Positions 26,026 to 35,201 of a stretch of 64,000 nt of DNA are shown here, in pieces. Source of the DNA: Candidatus Methylomirabilota bacterium (GTDB lineage: Bacteria; Methylomirabilota; Methylomirabilia; Rokubacteriales; CSP1-6); NCBI GenBank assembly GCA_036397135.1, contig DASWJN010000144.1, positions 266-64,265 on the forward strand, written 5' to 3'. The stretch's first letter is position 1. Every line of letters begins with the position of its first letter. The position numbers were made by a program, and so were the translations under genes. The notes under the pieces are model-generated. The model was not told where the DNA came from. It searched no databases and saw only the letters and a program-made list of their open reading frames with translations.

Positions 26026-28074
26026 TCAGCCGCCCACGAGGCCGCCGGGAATCGGGGGCATGGCCAGGCGCCGGGTCTGCACGGCGTCGCCGGGAACGAC
26101 GCCCAGGATGCGCCGGCCGAGGGCGTCGAGCGGCGCGACGCCCGCCGGCGCAGCGTCGTCCAGCCGCACCCAGGCCCGCAGCGGGGCCGGGTGGCGGCCC
26201 AGCAGCTCGACGAGGTCGGACGTCGCCAGGCCGAGCGTGCGGCCGAGCGCGGGCGACAGGCGCAGCACGCGATGCCGGCCGCGCCCGCCCTCGTAGGGAT
26301 CGCGCTCGTCGGCGACGACGCCGACACGGGGGCGAGCGGCCGCCCGTCGCGCGCGCTCGGCCGTGGTCGCCGCGGCATCCACGTCGCCGGCCTGCGTGAG
26401 CACGACGCCGTAGCCCTCGCGCGCCCGCTCGGCCGAGACGTAGCCGCCCACCACATCGCGCCGCACGCGCTCGGGGTCGCGCGCGAGCGGATCGCCGAAG
26501 CCGCCGCCGCCGGCCGACTCCATGACCACGACGTCGCCCGCCCGGATCGGGTGCCCGGTCACCTTGCCCGGCGTCGGAAAGTCGATCGCCTCGCCGTCTC
26601 GGAGCATCGAGACCTTCACCGGGGCCGCGGCCCCCGCCCCGCCGACGCCGAACGGCGGCACCACCGCGCGGTCGCTCAGCACGGAATAGCGCGCCTCGCC
26701 GGCGAGCAGCCGCAGCTCGCGGCGGAGGCCCAGCCCGCCGCGGGTGGTTCCCTCACCGCCGGAGTCGCAGCGCAGCTCGCTGCACTCCACCCGCAGCGGC
26801 ATCCCGCTCTCCAGCGCCTCGGCGGACTGGATCGTGCGCACATTGCCGAAGTCGATGTTGCCCCAGGCGCTGGGGCCGTCGTCCTCGCGGTAGGCGCCGT
26901 TGCCGCCGGTCGGGGCCTCGTAGTACACGTAGTCGCGGCACCGGCGTTCGTCGCGGCCGCCCATGGCGTTGGGAAACGAGGTGCCGCACAGGTCCCCGCT
27001 CACGAGGTCGGGGATCACCTGGGCGAGCGCGCCCAGCATCACCGACACCGCCCGCTTGCGGACCTCCCCGTGGGCGCCGGCGGGCGCGTCGAGCTTCACG
27101 TCCACGATCGATGCCGCCGGCGCCAGCAGCCGGATCGGCCGGAAGGTGCCGTGGTTGATCGGCCCCTCGGGGTCGAGCGCCGCCTTCACCGCCACCACGA
27201 CGCCGGCACCGGTCGTGGCCAGCGTGGAGTTCACGACGCCGGGCACCTGTGGGTTGGACCCGGCGAAGTCGGCGACGATCTCGTCGCCGCGCACGGTGAG
27301 GGTCAGCCGCATCAGCACTGGATCGAAGCGGCCCTCCGGGTAGAACTCGAGATAGTCCTCGTAGACGTACTCGCCGTCCGGCAGCGCGGCGATCTTCGCG
27401 CGCAGCCGGCGCTCGGAGCGGTCGAGGTTCACCGCGATGCAGTCGAGGACCGTCGTGCGGCCGTACTTGCCCAGCAGCCGGCGGATGCGCCCCTCGGCGA
27501 TCCGGCACGCGCCGAGCGAGGCGTCGAAGTCGCCCCGACGGTCCTCGGGCAACCGCATGTTGTTCAGCAGCAGCGCCATCGCCGCGCGGTTCAGCCGGCC
27601 CTCCTCCACGATCTTGATGGGCGGGATGCGCACGCCCTCCTGATAGATGTTCGTGTTGAGGCCCGAGTAGCTGCCGGGGGCGCCGCCGCCCACGTCGGCC
27701 CAGTGGGCGCGGACCGCGGGGAAGATGATCAGCTCGCCGCCGTCGAACAGCGGGTAGAGCATCGTCACGTCGTTGAGGTGGGTGCCGCCGCGGTAGGCGT
27801 CGTTGAGGAGGATGACGTCGCCCGGCCGCAGATCGGCCTCGAAGTCCTCCAGCGCGCAGCGCACCGACCACGGCATCGGCAGCACGTGGCCGGGGTGATC
27901 CTCGGACTGGGCGACCATCTGCCCGTGGGCGTCGAAGAGCGCACAGGAGAAGTCGTCCATGTCCCAGATGACCGGTGAGTAGGAGGCCCGGATGACCGTG
28001 GCCCGCATCTCGCGCACGATCCCGATGAGCCCCTCGCAGACCACCTCCAGCGTGATGGGATCGACGGTCGTCAC
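26026..28074 (-). CDS. hyuB: hydantoinase B/oxoprolinase family protein
   Basis: ORF 26026..28107 trimmed to GTG 28074, which overlaps the hyuA stop (GTGA). VDPITLEVV...SPVIWDMDDFSCALFD..G.MVAQ is typical of HyuB. Confidence 0.85.
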   Translation of the reverse strand: MTTVDPITLEVVCEGLIGIVREMRATVIRASYSPVIWDMDDFSCALFDAHGQMVAQSEDHPGHVLPMPWSVRCALEDFEADLRPGDVILLNDAYRGGTHLNDVTMLYPLFDGGELIIFPAVRAHWADVGGGAPGSYSGLNTNIYQEGVRIPPIKIVEEGRLNRAAMALLLNNMRLPEDRRGDFDASLGACRIAEGRIRRLLGKYGRTTVLDCIAVNLDRSERRLRAKIAALPDGEYVYEDYLEFYPEGRFDPVLMRLTLTVRGDEIVADFAGSNPQVPGVVNSTLATTGAGVVVAVKAALDPEGPINHGTFRPIRLLAPAASIVDVKLDAPAGAHGEVRKRAVSVMLGALAQVIPDLVSGDLCGTSFPNAMGGRDERRCRDYVYYEAPTGGNGAYREDDGPSAWGNIDFGNVRTIQSAEALESGMPLRVECSELRCDSGGEGTTRGGLGLRRELRLLAGEARYSVLSDRAVVPPFGVGGAGAAAPVKVSMLRDGEAIDFPTPGKVTGHPIRAGDVVVMESAGGGGFGDPLARDPERVRRDVVGGYVSAERAREGYGVVLTQAGDVDAAATTAERARRAAARPRVGVVADERDPYEGGRGRHRVLRLSPALGRTLGLATSDLVELLGRHPAPLRAWVRLDDAAPAGVAPLDALGRRILGVVPGDAVQTRRLAMPPIPGGLVGG

Positions 28075-30140
28075 ACGCTCCTCCGTTGCAGCACCAGCTC
28101 CCCCCACTCGCCGACGGTCGCCGTCCAGCCGGGCGGGATCACCGTCGTCGCGCCCATCTCCTCGACAATCGTGGGCCCCGTCACCACCCTGCCGGCCGGC
28201 AGGCGAGTCCGCTCGTACACCGGCACGGGCAGCGGCGCACCGCCGAAGTGAACCTGGCGAGGGCTCGGGCCGGCCGGCGGCGGGGACGATTCACTCGCGG
28301 ACGCCGGGGCGCCCGGCGGCTCGCACTCCCAGCGCCGCGGCGGCGGCTTCGGCACGGCGCCGATGGCGGTGAGCCGGAAGTTCACGATCTCGGACGCGCC
28401 GGCGGTGGCGTGCCCGTAGCGGCGCTCGTGCGCGTCGTGGAAGGCGCGCTCGAGCGTGGCCATGGAGTCGGCCCCGGCCGGTACGCGCACCAGCAGCTCC
28501 CACGATTGCCCGACGTACCGCATGCCGAGCGCGCGGACCATCGAGACGCGTTGCGGCGCGATCCCCTCGGCGGCGAGCTGGCCACGCGCCTCGTGCTCCA
28601 GGTCCGCGAACGTCCGCTCGACGTCCGCGAGGTCGGCGTCGCGGGTCGGCGTCAGCCGCGTGCGGACGTAGTCACGCCGCACGTCCGAGATCAGCGAGCC
28701 GAAGGCGGAGAAGTTGCCGGGGGCCGGGGGCACCATCACGCGGGCCATCTCCAGCTCCTCGGCGATGAAGGCCGCGTGCATGGGCCCGGCGCCACCGTAG
28801 GCGACCAGCACGAACTCTCGCGGATCGTGGCCCCTGGCGATCGAGATCTCCTTGATGGCGCCGACCATCCGTGTCACCGCGATGCGCACGATGCCGTCGG
28901 CCAGCGCAGCCTCGCCGGCGAGGCCGGGCATGCGGCCGAGAAGCGTCGAGAGCGCCCGCCGCGCGCGCACCGGGTCGAGCGCGACCTCCCCGGCCAGCGG
29001 TGAGTCGGTGGGCACGCGGCCCAGCACCAGGTTGGCATCGGTGATCGTCGGCTCGGTGCCGCCGCGCCCGTAGCAGGCGGGGCCCGGGTCGGCGCCCGCG
29101 CTGCGGGGCCCGATGCGCAGCGCCCCGCCGGCGTCGAGCCAGGCCACGCTGCCGCCGCCGGCGCCGATCGAGTTGATCTCGATCTGCGGCGTCCGGTTCG
29201 GCAGCCCGGCGATGTGCTGCTCGGTCGTCAGCGCCGGCTCGAGGCCTTCCACCAGGCACACGTCGGTGCTGGTGCCGCCCATGTCGCAGGTGATGAGGTT
29301 CGCGCACCCGGTGAGCCGTCCCAGGTTGACGGCCGCCGCCACGCCGCCGGCGGGGCCGGACAGGACGGTGTGCACCGGAAGACGCGCGGCGGCGTCGGAG
29401 GTCATGATTCCCCCGCTGGACGTCGTGATGAACACGCGACCGGCGTAGCCGCGCGCGGCGAGCGTCGCGCCGAGGCGCGCGAGGTAGCCGCCCACTTTCG
29501 GGCCGATGTAGGCGTTGAGCGCCGTCGTGCCGAACCGCTCGTACTCCCGGATCTCCGGCAGCACGGCTTCCGACGTGCAGACGAACCAGCCCGGCAGCAG
29601 CGCTTCGGCCAGGCGCGCCGCCGCCCGCTCGTGGGCCGGATTGGCGTAGGCGTGGAGGAAGCCGAGGACGAGGGCGCCGGCACCGGCACCGGTGGCCGCC
29701 GCGCCGATGTGCGCGAGCGCGTCCCGCACGTCGTCTTCGGCCAGCGGCCGGATCACCGCCCCGTCGAAGGCGACGCGCTCGTCGACCTCGAGGACGCGGT
29801 GGCGCTCCACCAGCGGGGCCGGCTTGCGGGCCCGGATGTCGTAGAGGACGGTGCGGTTGGTGCGGGCGATCTCGAGCGTGTCGCGGAAGCCGCGGGTCGT
29901 GAGCATCCACACGGTGGCGCCCGTGCGCTCCAGGATCGCGTTGGTCCCGATGGTGGTGCCGTGGACCACGCGGCCGGTGGCGGGCAGCGCCACCTTCAGC
30001 TTGGCGAGCGCATTCAGCAACCCGCGAACGGGATCGGCCGCCGTGGTCGGTGACTTGCCGACCATCAGCGCGCCGGTGGCGTCATCGTAGACGACCACGT
30101 CGGTGAACGTCCCGCCGACATCGACCCCGACCCAGTGCAC
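28071..30140 (-). CDS. hyuA: hydantoinase/oxoprolinase family protein (A subunit)
   Basis: ORF 28071..30194 trimmed to GTG 30140 (GGAGG 6 nt upstream). VHWVGVDVGGTFTDVVVYD...CDMGGTSTDV is typical of HyuA. Confidence 0.85.
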   Translation of the reverse strand: MHWVGVDVGGTFTDVVVYDDATGALMVGKSPTTAADPVRGLLNALAKLKVALPATGRVVHGTTIGTNAILERTGATVWMLTTRGFRDTLEIARTNRTVLYDIRARKPAPLVERHRVLEVDERVAFDGAVIRPLAEDDVRDALAHIGAAATGAGAGALVLGFLHAYANPAHERAAARLAEALLPGWFVCTSEAVLPEIREYERFGTTALNAYIGPKVGGYLARLGATLAARGYAGRVFITTSSGGIMTSDAAARLPVHTVLSGPAGGVAAAVNLGRLTGCANLITCDMGGTSTDVCLVEGLEPALTTEQHIAGLPNRTPQIEINSIGAGGGSVAWLDAGGALRIGPRSAGADPGPACYGRGGTEPTITDANLVLGRVPTDSPLAGEVALDPVRARRALSTLLGRMPGLAGEAALADGIVRIAVTRMVGAIKEISIARGHDPREFVLVAYGGAGPMHAAFIAEELEMARVMVPPAPGNFSAFGSLISDVRRDYVRTRLTPTRDADLADVERTFADLEHEARGQLAAEGIAPQRVSMVRALGMRYVGQSWELLVRVPAGADSMATLERAFHDAHERRYGHATAGASEIVNFRLTAIGAVPKPPPRRWECEPPGAPASASESSPPPAGPSPRQVHFGGAPLPVPVYERTRLPAGRVVTGPTIVEEMGATTVIPPGWTATVGEWGELVLQRRSV

Positions 30141-30183
30141 GCGTGGCCTCCGTGGTGGGCGACACTCTATCATCGCCGCCGCC

Positions 30184-30212
30184 TTGACTCCCACCCCGCT
30201 CCGCCCTAGCGT
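30184..30212 (+). promoter_or_regulatory. sigma-70-like promoter candidate, leaderless geometry
   Basis: TTGACT (30184-30189), a 17-nt spacer, then TAGCGT (30207-30212). The ATG at 30221 is 9 nt after the -10 and has no Shine-Dalgarno. Confidence 0.3.
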
Positions 30213-30220
30213 TCGGGCGC

Positions 30221-30799
30221 ATGAGCCACTTCTTCGCCTACCTCTCGCGCATGCGGTTCATCCGGCGCTGGGGGCTGATGCACAGCACCCACGCCGAGAA
30301 CATCCAGGAACACAGCCTGCGGGTGGCGATGATCGCCCACGCGCTGGCCCTCGTCCGCAACCGCCTGTACGGGGGCGGGCTGAGCGCCGAGCGCGTGGCC
30401 GTCCGCGCCATGTATCACGACGCCAGCGAGGTCCTCACCGGCGACCTCCCCCGTCCGGTGAAGTACTTCAATCCCGAGATCGAGACGTCGTACCGCCGCA
30501 TCGAGGCCGTCGCCCGACAGAAACTGCTCGAGATGGTGCCGGCGGCGCTCCGGGCCGACTACGCGGCGCTGCTGGGGCCGGAGGGCGCCGCCGACGGTGA
30601 CGAGGCGCTCATCAAGGCGGCGGACAAGCTGTGCGCATATCTGAAGTGCCTGGAGGAGATCACCGCCGGCAACCGCGAGTTCGCCGAGGCCGAGAAGGCG
30701 CTGCGGGGCACCATCGAGGCGATCGACCTGCCGGAGGTCCGCTACTTCGTCGAGACCTTCGTGCCGAGCTTTCGGCTCACCCTCGACGACCTCAGGTAG
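30221..30799 (+). CDS. yfbR: HD-domain 5-prime-deoxynucleotidase (YfbR family)
   Basis: MSHFFAYLSRMRFIRRWGLMHSTHAENIQEHSLRVAMIAHAL...YHDASEVLTGDLP closely matches the YfbR N-terminus and HD motif. Confidence 0.8.
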   Translation: MSHFFAYLSRMRFIRRWGLMHSTHAENIQEHSLRVAMIAHALALVRNRLYGGGLSAERVAVRAMYHDASEVLTGDLPRPVKYFNPEIETSYRRIEAVARQKLLEMVPAALRADYAALLGPEGAADGDEALIKAADKLCAYLKCLEEITAGNREFAEAEKALRGTIEAIDLPEVRYFVETFVPSFRLTLDDLR

Positions 30800-31217
30800 A
30801 CGCGGCGGCCGGCGCCGGCGGCGCCCACGCCGACTCGATCAGCGCGACCGCCTCGTCCACCGCGGCGCGGATCGCGGGGGTGTTGGCTTCGCGCTCGGCC
30901 AGCGCCACCACGAAGCCGATGCAGCTGGTGGCCAGCAGCAGGGTGCCGTCGTCGGCCGAGAACATCGCGGTCTGGAAGCTTCCGCGGTTCAGGCGGCTGG
31001 CCCCCACCTCGAGATCGCGCCCGAGGGTGGCGGCCAGCGCGGCCAGCGGCTCCAGGGCCACGGTGGGCGCGACCTCGGAGGCGATGACGAAGCCGTCCGG
31101 CGCGACCAGCAGCGCGCCCCGCACCGCGGGGCGGCGCGCCAGCCCCACCACGATGTCACGCACCTGGCGTCCGCGCGAGGTCCCGTCCAGCTCCAGTCCC
31201 AGCTTCAGTCGGCTCAT
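30792..31217 (-). CDS. Roadblock/LC7 domain protein (operon gene 13)
   Basis: ORF 30792..31295 trimmed to ATG 31217 (ATGA overlap with the upstream stop). VRGALLVAPDGFVIASE...GSFQTAMFSADDGTLLLA is a typical Robl_LC7 pattern. Confidence 0.65.
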   Translation of the reverse strand: MSRLKLGLELDGTSRGRQVRDIVVGLARRPAVRGALLVAPDGFVIASEVAPTVALEPLAALAATLGRDLEVGASRLNRGSFQTAMFSADDGTLLLATSCIGFVVALAEREANTPAIRAAVDEAVALIESAWAPPAPAAAST

Positions 31218-32017
31218 GACACTCTCCTGGGGCTCGCCGTCCCGGCGGCGGCCTCGTCCTTCGCCACGGCCAGCTCGTGCTGGGCGGCCGCCCACAGCCG
31301 GTTGACCTCCAGCAGTCCCTGGGTGAGATGCGTCGTCCGCGGCAGCGTCAGCGCCAGCGTGAGCGTGGCGTCGGCGCGCACGAAGTGTCGCTCGCCGGCG
31401 TCCTCGACGACCGCCCGTCGGAGCGGCCCCAGACCGGCGCGGCCGAGCGCGGCGGCGGCGAGCCCGACCGCCCGGGCGAGCCGGTGGCCCAGCTCGGCGG
31501 CGCTGGCGGGCCGGGCCAAGATCAGCCCACCGTCGTGGCCCACCAGGAACAGCGCGCCGGCCGGGCCGGGCATCCGGAGCCGGTCCAGGCGCAACCCGGC
31601 GGGCGGCGAGGCCGGCGCCCGCGCGGCGAGCCCATCGAGCACCGCCCGGGCCTCCGGGAAGTCGGGGTAGGCGCGCAGGGCCCGCACGAGGGCGTCACGG
31701 CAGGCGTCGAGATCGCCCTCTTCCAGCTGGAGGCGGGCCAGTCCGAGGAGGGCGCGCGGGTGCGCCGGATCGCGGGCGAGCACCCACTGGAACTCCTGCT
31801 TGGCCGGCGCGCCGGTGCGTTGCGCCACGTGCAGGTACGCCGCGAGCAGATGGCCGGTGATGCTGGCGGGATCGATCGCCAGGCCCTCGGCCACCGACCT
31901 GGCCGCTTCCGCGTAACGGCCCTCCCGCCGGAGACGATTGGCCTGGCTGAACAGTTCGGCCGGCGTTCGCGCCCGGCGCGCCCCCGCCGGGCGCCACAAG
32001 CCGCGCAAGGCGCTCAC
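31214..32017 (-). CDS. TPR repeat protein with C-terminal Roadblock-like domain (operon gene 12)
   Basis: GTG 32017 overlaps the ATPase stop (GTGA). TPR-like helices (GRYAEAARSVAEGLAIDP, ARLQLEEGDLDACRDALVRALRAYPDFPEA), then AGALFLVGHDGGLILARP...RRAVVEDAGERHFV. Confidence 0.55.
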   Translation of the reverse strand: MSALRGLWRPAGARRARTPAELFSQANRLRREGRYAEAARSVAEGLAIDPASITGHLLAAYLHVAQRTGAPAKQEFQWVLARDPAHPRALLGLARLQLEEGDLDACRDALVRALRAYPDFPEARAVLDGLAARAPASPPAGLRLDRLRMPGPAGALFLVGHDGGLILARPASAAELGHRLARAVGLAAAALGRAGLGPLRRAVVEDAGERHFVRADATLTLALTLPRTTHLTQGLLEVNRLWAAAQHELAVAKDEAAAGTASPRRVS

Positions 32018-34128
32018 GACAGCGTCACTCTCAGGATCTCCTGCGGCGTCGTGGTGCCCTCCAGCACCTTGGCGAGCCCGGCCTGGCGCAGGGTCTTCAT
32101 GCCCTGGCGCTGCGCCAGCTCGCGGATCTCCGACGTCGCGGCGTTGTGGAGAATCAGATGACGCAACTCGTCGGTGACCGGCATCACCTCGTAGATCGCC
32201 ACCCGACCCTTCAAGCCCGTGAAGTTGCAGGCCGGGCACCCGCGCCCCCGGTACAGGGTCACCGTGCCGCGGCCGTCCGGCGCGTGGCCGAGGGCCACCA
32301 GCTCGTTCTCGTGGGCCTCCCTCGGCTCCTTGCACTCGGTGCAGATCCGCCGGCCCAGCCGCTGGGCCACGATCACGAGCAGCGCGGAGGACAGCAGGAA
32401 CGGCGGCACGCCCATGTCGACCAGCCGCGCCACCGTCGAAGGCCCGTCGTTGGTGTGCAGCGTCGTGAACACGAGGTGGCCGGTGAGGGCGGCCCGGATG
32501 CTGATCTGGGCGGTCTCGAGGTCGCGTGTCTCGCCGACCAGGATCACGTCGGGGTCCTGGCGGAGGAACGAGCGGAGCGCCGCGGCGAACGTGCGGCCGA
32601 TGCCCTCGTTGACCTGGACCTGGTTCACCCCGTGCAGGTTGTACTCGACCGGGTCCTCGGCGGTCATGATGTTGTGCCCGGGCGCGTTGATCGTGGAGAT
32701 CGCCGAGTACAGCGTCGTCGTCTTGCCGGAGCCGGTGGGCCCCGTGATGAGCACCATGCCGTACGGCTGGTGGATCGCGTGGGTGAACCGCTCGTAGCCC
32801 CAGCTGTCGAAGCCGAGCTTGGTCAGATCGAGCTGCAGCGACTCCCGGTCGAGGATCCGGAGGACGGCCTTCTCGCCGAAGATCGTGGGCAGGATCGAGA
32901 GCCGGAAGTCGACCTCGCGCCGGCCGTGGCGAATCTTGATCCGCCCGTCCTGGGGCAGCCGCCGTTCGGCGATGTCGAGGCTGGCCATGATCTTGAGCCG
33001 CGAGATGATGGCGGGCTCGTGGCGCTTGGGCGGCGACGCCACCTCGTGCAGCACGCCGTCGATGCGGAACCGGACACGGAAGTCCTTCTCGTACGGCTCC
33101 CAGTGCAGGTCGGAGGCGCCCTGGCGGATGGCGTCGACCAGGACCGTGTTGACGAGCTTGATGACCGGGGCCTCGTCGGCCGATTCCTTCAGGTCGATGA
33201 CGGTGCCGGCGGCCGGCTCCTCCTCGGCCACCACCTCCAGGCCGGAGACGTCGCTGACGAGCTCGGCCAGGCGTTCGGCCATCGGCGCCGGCGCCGTCGT
33301 GTAGTACCGGTCGATCGCCGCCCTGATCGCCTGGCCGGAGGCGACCACCGGCAACACCCTCAGCCGGGTCCTCGCGGCGATCTCGTCCATGGCGACGACG
33401 TTGGTCGGATCCGCCATGGCCAATGTCAGGCCGCTGTCCACCCGGGCCAGCGGGATGACCTCGTACTTGCGCGCGATGTACGAGGGCACCAGCGCCAGCA
33501 CGTCGGCGCTCACCGTGTACTGCTCGATCGCCACCGAGGGCAGGCCATGCTCCTTGGACAGGATCTCGACCAGCTTCTCCTCGCTGACGAACCCGCGGCG
33601 GGTCAGCACCTTGCCGAGCCGCTCCTTCGAGCGCCGGTGCTCGCGGAGCGCGTCGTACAGCTGGTCCGACGAGATCAGCCCCTCGGCCACCAGCACGTCG
33701 CCCAGGCGGCTCCGGCGCCGGCCGGACCGGCTGCGGGGAGCGGCGGACGTTTGCCCGCGCATCATGAACGGCGGTGGCGAGGCCACGGGGGGCGGGACGC
33801 CGCGCATCCGGGCGTTGGGCGGGGCGGACGACGGCGCCGGCAGCGGGACGGCGCCCGGGGGAGCCAGGTACACCGCCGGCTCGGCCCAGTCCGGTTGGGG
33901 CGGCGGCGGTGCGGCCGCCAGGGGCGGCGCGGTCAGCGTGGCCAGGCGTGCGAGCGTCTCGGCCAGCCGGGGCTGGTCGCCCAGCCGCTCGTAGATCTCG
34001 CGCAGCGACTCGAGCGTCGGTGCGTCGGGGCCGCCGGCTTCCAGCACGCTCTCGAACACCCCCGCGGTGTCGCGGAGCTCACGCTGCTCCTCCGGCGACA
34101 GCCGCCGGTCAGGCGGGACGATGGTCAC
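32014..34128 (-). CDS. PilB/GspE-family secretion ATPase with a 140-aa Pro-rich N-terminal extension and an MshEN-like N-domain (operon gene 11)
   Basis: 704-aa ORF. Walker A GPTGSGKTTT, VILVGETRD, TGHLVFTTLHTN, tetracysteine CTEC...CPAC. N-domain RLGDVLVAEGLISSDQLYDAL then RLGKVLTRRGFVSEEKLVEIL. Confidence 0.9.
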   Translation of the reverse strand: MTIVPPDRRLSPEEQRELRDTAGVFESVLEAGGPDAPTLESLREIYERLGDQPRLAETLARLATLTAPPLAAAPPPPQPDWAEPAVYLAPPGAVPLPAPSSAPPNARMRGVPPPVASPPPFMMRGQTSAAPRSRSGRRRSRLGDVLVAEGLISSDQLYDALREHRRSKERLGKVLTRRGFVSEEKLVEILSKEHGLPSVAIEQYTVSADVLALVPSYIARKYEVIPLARVDSGLTLAMADPTNVVAMDEIAARTRLRVLPVVASGQAIRAAIDRYYTTAPAPMAERLAELVSDVSGLEVVAEEEPAAGTVIDLKESADEAPVIKLVNTVLVDAIRQGASDLHWEPYEKDFRVRFRIDGVLHEVASPPKRHEPAIISRLKIMASLDIAERRLPQDGRIKIRHGRREVDFRLSILPTIFGEKAVLRILDRESLQLDLTKLGFDSWGYERFTHAIHQPYGMVLITGPTGSGKTTTLYSAISTINAPGHNIMTAEDPVEYNLHGVNQVQVNEGIGRTFAAALRSFLRQDPDVILVGETRDLETAQISIRAALTGHLVFTTLHTNDGPSTVARLVDMGVPPFLLSSALLVIVAQRLGRRICTECKEPREAHENELVALGHAPDGRGTVTLYRGRGCPACNFTGLKGRVAIYEVMPVTDELRHLILHNAATSEIRELAQRQGMKTLRQAGLAKVLEGTTTPQEILRVTLS

Positions 34129-34594
34129 TCGCGCGCCGGGTCTCCTCGGCGGTCAGGGGCGCGGCCAGCACCCCGACCAGCCTCGGCCGCGCGCGCGTCT
34201 CCGCGAGGATGGCGCCGACGGAGGAGCAGGTTTCCCGGGCGAACAGGCGCACCATGCCGATCGTGGTGCGCTCGTCGAAGATGGCGAGCAGGATCGTGTT
34301 GTCGTCGACCGTCGAGACGTGCAGGCTCTCCTTGACGCCCTCGTGGAACAAGACCGAGAACTCGCTCTCGCCGAGCAGGCGGGCCAACGCCGCCGTCGAG
34401 CTGAAGGCCGCGGCGGCCAGGGCGCCGATGGAGCCGACGTCGAGCGTGCGGGCGGTGCCCGCCTCGGCCAGCGGCTGGCCGCTGCGGTCGATGAGCAGGG
34501 CGGCCAAACAGCTGGAGTCGCTCAGGAACCGGAGCAGGACGGCGTCGATGCGCGCCGCGTCGCTCTCGTGGATCACGAGGTCGTGGATTCTCAC
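34109..34594 (-). CDS. mglB: MglB-like Roadblock/LC7 protein (operon gene 10)
   Basis: GTG 34594 follows AGGAGG and overlaps the mglA stop (GTGA). CLAALLIDRSGQPLAEAG...SVLFHEGVKESLHVSTVDDNTILLAIF. Sits directly downstream of mglA as in known mglAB pairs. Confidence 0.7.
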   Translation of the reverse strand: MRIHDLVIHESDAARIDAVLLRFLSDSSCLAALLIDRSGQPLAEAGTARTLDVGSIGALAAAAFSSTAALARLLGESEFSVLFHEGVKESLHVSTVDDNTILLAIFDERTTIGMVRLFARETCSSVGAILAETRARPRLVGVLAAPLTAEETRRASDHRPA

Positions 34595-35199
34595 GCGCGG
34601 GCCTCCTGGGTCTGGCCGAACTCCTTGACGAGCACCATGCGCGACACCGTGTTGAGGGTGTCGAAGACGCCGGTCCCGTCGACGGCGACGGCCTCGAACG
34701 CGGGGACGCGGCGGGCGCCGCGGTTGAGCAGATACTCCAGGTAGTCGAGCGGGGCGACCGCGCCGAGGTCGCGCTTGTTGTACTGGATGACGTGGGGCGT
34801 CGTGGCCAGCGCGAGGCCGTACTCCTTCAGGTTGTCGTCCAGGTTGCGGAAGCTCTCGACGGCGTCGCGCAAGCGGTCCCACTGCGAGTCGGCCACGAAC
34901 ACCACCCCGTCCACGCCACGGAGCACCAGCTTGCGCGTCATGTTGTAGTGCGTCTGGCCCGGCACGGTGTAGAGCTGGAAGCGCGTCGTGAACCCGCGCA
35001 CGCCGGTCGCCGACACCGGCAGGAAGTCGAAGAAGAGGGTGCGGTCGTCGCCGGTGGCCAGCGAGATCATCTTGCCCTTGTTGTCCTCGGGCAGGCAGCG
35101 GTGGATGTACTGGAGATTCGCCGTCTTGCCGGCCAGCCCGGGGCCGTAGTAGACGACCTTGAAGTTGATGACGCGCGCCGCGTAGTTGATGATCGACAC
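34591..35199 (-). CDS. mglA: MglA-family Ras-like small GTPase (operon gene 9)
   Basis: GTG 35199. VSIINYAARVINFKVVYYGPGLAGKTANLQYI...DRTLFFDFLP...LYTVPGQ...IQYNKRDL is nearly colinear with Myxococcus MglA as I remember it. Confidence 0.9.
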   Translation of the reverse strand: MSIINYAARVINFKVVYYGPGLAGKTANLQYIHRCLPEDNKGKMISLATGDDRTLFFDFLPVSATGVRGFTTRFQLYTVPGQTHYNMTRKLVLRGVDGVVFVADSQWDRLRDAVESFRNLDDNLKEYGLALATTPHVIQYNKRDLGAVAPLDYLEYLLNRGARRVPAFEAVAVDGTGVFDTLNTVSRMVLVKEFGQTQEARA

Positions 35200-35201
35200 C
35201 G

